NCBI GenBank assembly: GCA_965216815.1
Contig: OZ244202.1
Coordinates: forward strand, 1,297,762 to 1,361,761
Direction of reading: 5' to 3'
Length of the DNA stretch: 64,000 bases
From: Acidimicrobiales bacterium
GTDB taxonomy: Bacteria; Actinomycetota; Acidimicrobiia; Acidimicrobiales; SHLQ01
Shown here: in pieces, positions 59,628-64,000 of the stretch
How positions within the stretch are numbered: the first letter of the stretch is position 1
How the letters are laid out: the number at the start of each line of letters is the position of its first letter
Notes under the pieces: generated by a model
What the model was told of the DNA's origin: nothing
The model's database searches: none
The model's input: only the letters and a program-made list of their open reading frames with translations
Translations under genes and position numbers: made by a program

Positions 59628-62102
59628 CTATCCTCCGAGCAGCACTTCACCATACTGCTCTGAAAACCACAGCGATGACTCCGGTGTGAGGTGAACGCCG
59701 TCCGGGCGTAGCTCGGGACTTCCCGGGGCGCGGTCGACCGAGTCCCCCTCAGTGCAGAGGTGCTCGTCGATGGGAAACACATCGACGCCGCTGCGCGTCG
59801 AGGCGATCTCGTGGACGATCGAACGAAGCGCGCTGATCGATTCGAACGGAACTCCGAGCACCGGGTTGGGGCCTGTACATGGAGGCGCGAGCCAGACGAC
59901 CTGTGCCCCGGCTGCAGTAAGTTCGTCGGCGAAGCGGGCGTAGCTCTGCCGCAGGTATTGGTCGAAGTCCTTGTCGCCGAGCTCGCGTGGTTCATCCCAT
60001 TGTTCGATTCGACGGGGCCGCACATCCCAGACCGACGACCAGATGATCACGACTTCGGGCTTCAACCGCTCGACTCGATCGATGTAGCGCTCGTCGACCC
60101 CCTCGCATTCGTTGGTCAACTCGCTCGTAAAGGCGGAAACCGTCTCGCCGTCGCCTAGGACCCCGCACCCGCCAACAGCGGCATTGTCGACCCACGCCAG
60201 GTTGTGCGCGAGCGCCCAGCGCTCTAGTCCGTAGGCGAGGGAGCTGGCCTGTGAATCTCCGATCACAGCGACCCGGCCGAGCGCTTCGGGTTCGCCGCGA
60301 TGGTGTAGGTGAACCGTGTCGAGAAGGATCCGGGCGTTCTCTGACGGCGCCGAGTCATCGGTCTCGAACGGCAAGCGTGCCTCCGTGACGGTGTCGGAGT
60401 TCGCGGCATGGCTTGCTAGTGCTTGAGTTGCCGGATGAAGGAACGCCAAGGCCTCTTCGTCATCTGCGGCTTGCGACGTCGCCCACACGATTTCTGCGCC
60501 CCCGTCGGTCAAGGCGTCCACCGCTTGTCCGATTGCGACGTCCGAGAACTGGGTGTCGCTGATGGCGTCGGCGGGTGGTCCGAGAGCGGCGAGCAGGACC
60601 GCATCGGGGTCGTGTGTTTCGACCAGTCGCGACCAGGTTTCCCGTAGGCCGCGGCATCCCTGATCAGGCGACTTCCCACACGTAAGGGGTTCGACCGCAT
60701 CAACTTGTACTCGAGGGTCTCCTTCTGTGAGCTCGGCGAAATCGGCGACGAGGTCTCCGTTCCGCTCGTTGTGGATCACAATGATGTTCAGCGTGCCGTC
60801 GGGCGCCCAGACGGGGAGTTCCAGAGACGAATCATCAGCGAATGCGGTCGGCGCGGCGTTGTATCGGTTGCCGACCGCGAGGCCTACGACACCGAGAAGG
60901 GCGACCAGAACCAGCCCGATGGGCAACAGGCTTCGCTTACGTCGAGGGCCGAGTACCGCGAAACGCGACGTCCATCCCTCGCGAATCGGTGCCTCGATGT
61001 ACCGGAACGACAGGACTGCGACCGCGGCGGTCACTGCGCAGCGGATCGCAAAGAGCAGGACTCCATCGGTGCCGACCCGATTCTCGTCGAGATAGAGAAA
61101 GATCGGCCAGTGGTAGACGTACACGCCGTAGCTGACGCGACCGAGAGCTACGAGGGGGGCCGCCGAGAGGACTGTGCTAAGAGCGGGTGCACGCAATGCG
61201 AGCGAAACGACCAGGAGAGCGGCGGCGATCGCATGAACCGGCAGCACCCACGTGAAGAGTTGTTCGTCGAGAAGGTCGATCTTCGCCCAGGTCGCTCCGA
61301 TCGCCACGCCGGCGAGCGCGCCGGCGACCGCGGTGACCAGCCGTGCGGTTCTTGACCAGGTCTGTGCCTTGCGCACGGTTCGGTGCCAATTGACTAGTGC
61401 GGCGGCCGATGCCCCGATCAGGATCTCGGCCGAGCGCACGTCGGTGCCTAGATACAGCCGGTCGAAGCTCGCCCCGGATCGCAGAAGCGCTCCTAGGACC
61501 AGCGAGGCGGTGGCTGCGAGTGTTATCGCTGCGGCGATCAGAGCGTCCCGTCGTCGATACCTCCGTAGTGCGGCCACGAGTGCAGAGACGAGGAGCGGCA
61601 TCACCAGATAGAACTGTTCTTCGATCGCGAGCGACCAGTAGTGCTCGAGCGGCGACGGTGTCTCGAAGAGATCGGCATATGACCGCTCACCTGCGATGAA
61701 CACCCAATTGACTACGTAAGCGAGCGCGCCGAGGACCTGTGAGCCGAACCCCTCCGGCGATTCTCCGACGGCAGCGACGTAGACGAGGGCGAGCGCGATA
61801 CCGGCGAGCGATGCTGGTAGCAGTCGACGAAACCGTCTATTCCAGAACCGCTCGAGATGGATTCCGCCTGTGGTCCCGGCTTCGCCGAGTAGCAAGGCGG
61901 TGATGAGATAGCCAGAGAGCGTGAAAAAGAGGGAGACGCCGAGGTATCCGCCCGGCAGCCACGTCCAGCCCTGATGGAAGATCAGAACAGCGACAACCGC
62001 GAAGGCGCGTAGCCCATCGAGCGCCGGCAGGTACCCGCCGATCGCGCGCGCGTCTGGGTTGCGACCCATCTTCCGATCTGCCACTTGACCAGGATGGGGC
62101 AT
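59628..62102 (-). CDS. acyltransferase-3 (OafA-like) membrane domain fused to SGNH domain(s)
   Basis: LDGLRAFAVVAVLIFH and about 10 TM helices. The C-terminal ~440 aa carry VIGDSQA (block I) and PDGVHLT (block V), preceded by a second, degenerate SGNH-like segment. Confidence 0.85.
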   Translation of the reverse strand: MPHPGQVADRKMGRNPDARAIGGYLPALDGLRAFAVVAVLIFHQGWTWLPGGYLGVSLFFTLSGYLITALLLGEAGTTGGIHLERFWNRRFRRLLPASLAGIALALVYVAAVGESPEGFGSQVLGALAYVVNWVFIAGERSYADLFETPSPLEHYWSLAIEEQFYLVMPLLVSALVAALRRYRRRDALIAAAITLAATASLVLGALLRSGASFDRLYLGTDVRSAEILIGASAAALVNWHRTVRKAQTWSRTARLVTAVAGALAGVAIGATWAKIDLLDEQLFTWVLPVHAIAAALLVVSLALRAPALSTVLSAAPLVALGRVSYGVYVYHWPIFLYLDENRVGTDGVLLFAIRCAVTAAVAVLSFRYIEAPIREGWTSRFAVLGPRRKRSLLPIGLVLVALLGVVGLAVGNRYNAAPTAFADDSSLELPVWAPDGTLNIIVIHNERNGDLVADFAELTEGDPRVQVDAVEPLTCGKSPDQGCRGLRETWSRLVETHDPDAVLLAALGPPADAISDTQFSDVAIGQAVDALTDGGAEIVWATSQAADDEEALAFLHPATQALASHAANSDTVTEARLPFETDDSAPSENARILLDTVHLHHRGEPEALGRVAVIGDSQASSLAYGLERWALAHNLAWVDNAAVGGCGVLGDGETVSAFTSELTNECEGVDERYIDRVERLKPEVVIIWSSVWDVRPRRIEQWDEPRELGDKDFDQYLRQSYARFADELTAAGAQVVWLAPPCTGPNPVLGVPFESISALRSIVHEIASTRSGVDVFPIDEHLCTEGDSVDRAPGSPELRPDGVHLTPESSLWFSEQYGEVLLGG

Positions 62103-62259
62103 CGCTCACCCCATCGGAAATCGGACCGGGCTTCGTCGCTGGCCGTTCGCGACGCTCTGTATTTGTCCGCGACGAGAAAAGATAGGCCTTTTGACCTAAG
62201 TCGAACGCAGTATCCGCCGATCGGTAGTCACGCGCATGTGATGCACGGAGGACAGGGCT

Positions 62260-62565
62260 GTGAGATACAGGTCGATCGCCGATGTCGATCTTCAGGATAG
62301 TGACCTGGAGGTCGTGAGGTCTGATGAGCCGAGGGTGTTCGAGTCGCCTGTCGACGATCGAGTGGGACAGCTCGCGGGCGAGATCGACCACCTCGGCGCA
62401 TGCTTTGAACAGCTGCTCGACATTGTCGGAGATCAGGAGGGTGTCGACGAGGCCATCGCGCCGATCAGAGAACGCATCGGCTTCTTCGAGCGCCGAATTC
62501 TGAGAATCGAAGATGCCATGGCCGAGGTGTCCCGGCTCATGAACCGCGACTTCATGGAGCGCTGA
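62260..62565 (+). CDS. hypothetical small protein upstream of GT2
   Basis: GTG start with GGAGGA upstream. Acidic, predicted helical, no motif recognised. The stop is 3 nt before the GT2 ATG, in the same frame. Confidence 0.35.
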   Translation: MRYRSIADVDLQDSDLEVVRSDEPRVFESPVDDRVGQLAGEIDHLGACFEQLLDIVGDQEGVDEAIAPIRERIGFFERRILRIEDAMAEVSRLMNRDFMER

Positions 62566-62568
62566 GTC

Positions 62569-64000
62569 ATGGCATGGCGTCTCCGGATTCCGGGGCTACG
62601 CGCGGTACGCGACAGCTCGGCGGATGTGCTCGTCCGTACAGACGATCTTCCGCGCCATCCTCTGGCTCCGCCACCGGTCGAACAACACGATGTCCCCTGG
62701 CGGGACTTCCAACAAATCACCCGTTTCGGGGTACTTGCGGGATTGTTGAGTGCTGCGTGGTATCTCACGTTCGTATACGACCGCTCGCACGAAAACGTCC
62801 CGATCCTGTGGATCGCGACACTTATCGCAGAATCGATCGTCGTGCTCCACACAATCGGAATCTGGACGACTTTGATCGGATACCGCTCCGATATCCCGGA
62901 ACCCGAAGAGCTCGCGGTCATTCGCCGGGCTCTTGTGACCGGTGAAATAGAGACTCCAACGGTCGACGTTTACGTGTGCTGCGCGGGCGAACCGATCCAC
63001 GTCATCTTGAAGACCGTCATTGCAGCCCAGGAGATGCTCCTTCCTCACAACACCTGGATACTCGACGACGGTCGCGACCCCGAGCTGCGAGCTGCAGCGG
63101 ACCGGCTCGGAGTCGGATACCTGCGTCGGCAGACAAACGCACACGCGAAGGCCGGCAACGTCAACGCTGCGTTCCAGCGGACCGAAGGTCGATTCGTGGC
63201 CATCCTCGACGCCGACCATGTGCCGCGGCCCGACCTCTTGACTCAGACGGTGCCGCACCTCATAGCCAACCCCTCGGTCGCGATGGTCCAGACACCGCAG
63301 ACCTACGACACCGAAGGGCGCGGCATGATCTCGGAGGGCGCCGCGATCAGCCAGGAGTTGTTCTACGAGGCGATCATGCCGGCCAAGAACGCGTCGAACG
63401 CGGCGTTCTGCGTGGGGACCAACGTGATCTTTCGGCGGTCGGCGCTCGAATCGCTCACGAAGCGCGAACTCCGTGGACGCGAACTAGCGGCATACCAACG
63501 CGAAGGCATCGACCGCGTGTTCAAGCTCACCCAGCTCGGCAAGGAATATCCGAAGGGTGGGATCTGGGTCGGTTCCAACAGTGAGGACATCTGGACGTCG
63601 CTCGAGCTGGCCCGCCGTGGCTGGCGAACCGTCTTTGTGCCGAAGGTGCTGACCCAGGGTCTGACGCCCGACCGTCTGGGACCCTTCCTCAAACAGCAAT
63701 TCCGATGGGCCTGCGGTGGCTGGGAAGTCTTGTTGCGATCGGGGCTGCTGAAGGAGCACCGTCTGACACTCAGCCAGAAGGCCCAATACCTGCTCGTTCC
63801 AAGTCACTACGCGTTGTCGATCGCCACGGCGATCTTTGCTTTCATGGCGCCGATCTACCTGATCGCGGACAAGAGTCCCATCAACGCACCTTTCTGGGAC
63901 TGGTTTCTGCACTACGTCCCGTTCTACGCGTGCACGATCGCAGTTCCGTTCCTTCAAGCGGGCAAGGTTCGGCTGTCGGCGATCGTGGTGTCCCTCGCGG
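62569..64000 (+). CDS. processive family-2 glycosyltransferase, cellulose-synthase-like (3' end outside window)
   Basis: Not in the ORF track (no stop in the window); translated by hand. VDVYVCCAGEP, ILDDGRD, KAGNVN, ILDADHVP, QTPQ, GTNVIFRRSAL, SEDIWTS (TED-like), QQFRWACGG (QxxRW). The start could also be ATG 62623. Confidence 0.8.
   Translation, partial: MAWRLRIPGLRAVRDSSADVLVRTDDLPRHPLAPPPVEQHDVPWRDFQQITRFGVLAGLLSAAWYLTFVYDRSHENVPILWIATLIAESIVVLHTIGIWTTLIGYRSDIPEPEELAVIRRALVTGEIETPTVDVYVCCAGEPIHVILKTVIAAQEMLLPHNTWILDDGRDPELRAAADRLGVGYLRRQTNAHAKAGNVNAAFQRTEGRFVAILDADHVPRPDLLTQTVPHLIANPSVAMVQTPQTYDTEGRGMISEGAAISQELFYEAIMPAKNASNAAFCVGTNVIFRRSALESLTKRELRGRELAAYQREGIDRVFKLTQLGKEYPKGGIWVGSNSEDIWTSLELARRGWRTVFVPKVLTQGLTPDRLGPFLKQQFRWACGGWEVLLRSGLLKEHRLTLSQKAQYLLVPSHYALSIATAIFAFMAPIYLIADKSPINAPFWDWFLHYVPFYACTIAVPFLQAGKVRLSAIVVSLA

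Noticed and set aside
62596-63258. 220-aa minus-strand ORF, and plus-strand ORF 62976-63584
   Set aside because: Both overlap the hand-translated GT2 frame, which carries the D,D,D and QxxRW motifs. Their own translations are Arg-rich with no motif.

Overview
High-GC (by eye about two-thirds G+C) actinobacterial-type chromosome segment; the gene order tRNA-Thr/tRNA-Met-rpmG-tRNA-Trp-secE-nusG-rplKAJL-rpoBC suggests Actinomycetota, but taxonomy is inference only. No transposase, integrase, CRISPR array or recognisable defence system was seen. Content in order: (1) the 3' end of a cytochrome c gene and an acidic membrane protein, joined head-to-tail to a canonical 14-gene nuoA-N complex I operon (1.5-16.9 kb). 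(2) A methyltransferase / APH-like kinase pair on the opposite strand. (3) A second, 11-gene complex-I-like operon, nuoABCDHIJKLMN without nuoEFG (18.5-29.0 kb), ending in a translationally coupled MidA/NDUFAF7-type methyltransferase. (4) A mixed block: decayed surE, selO, LLM oxidoreductase, acs, htpX, possible lipoprotein, yajQ, tRNA-Tyr, SnoaL-like, SDR, an ArsR-SRPBCC-DUF899-DinB operon, a GNAT and a Walker-motif-degenerate SMC/ABC-like membrane protein. (5) The ribosomal/RNA polymerase region, interrupted by an ECF sigma/ZAS anti-sigma pair and by an opposite-strand secreted SGNH hydrolase. (6) Two DUF202 genes, an AT3-SGNH acyltransferase and a 3'-truncated cellulose-synthase-like GT2. 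Two genes are absent from the supplied ORF track: rpmG (54 codons) and the open-ended GT2. The most interesting signal is the EFG-less second complex I. Its NuoD2 carries the Arg that mitochondrial NDUFAF7 methylates (NuoD1 has Thr there). The methyltransferase gene overlaps nuoN2. NuoD2 also replaces the conserved quinone-ligand Tyr with Trp. Several small repeat and hairpin families and tandem-repeat-encoded acidic inserts in NuoL2, L10 and NusG are also reported. Many long ORFs in the track are antisense or out-of-frame artefacts of the GC bias and were rejected.
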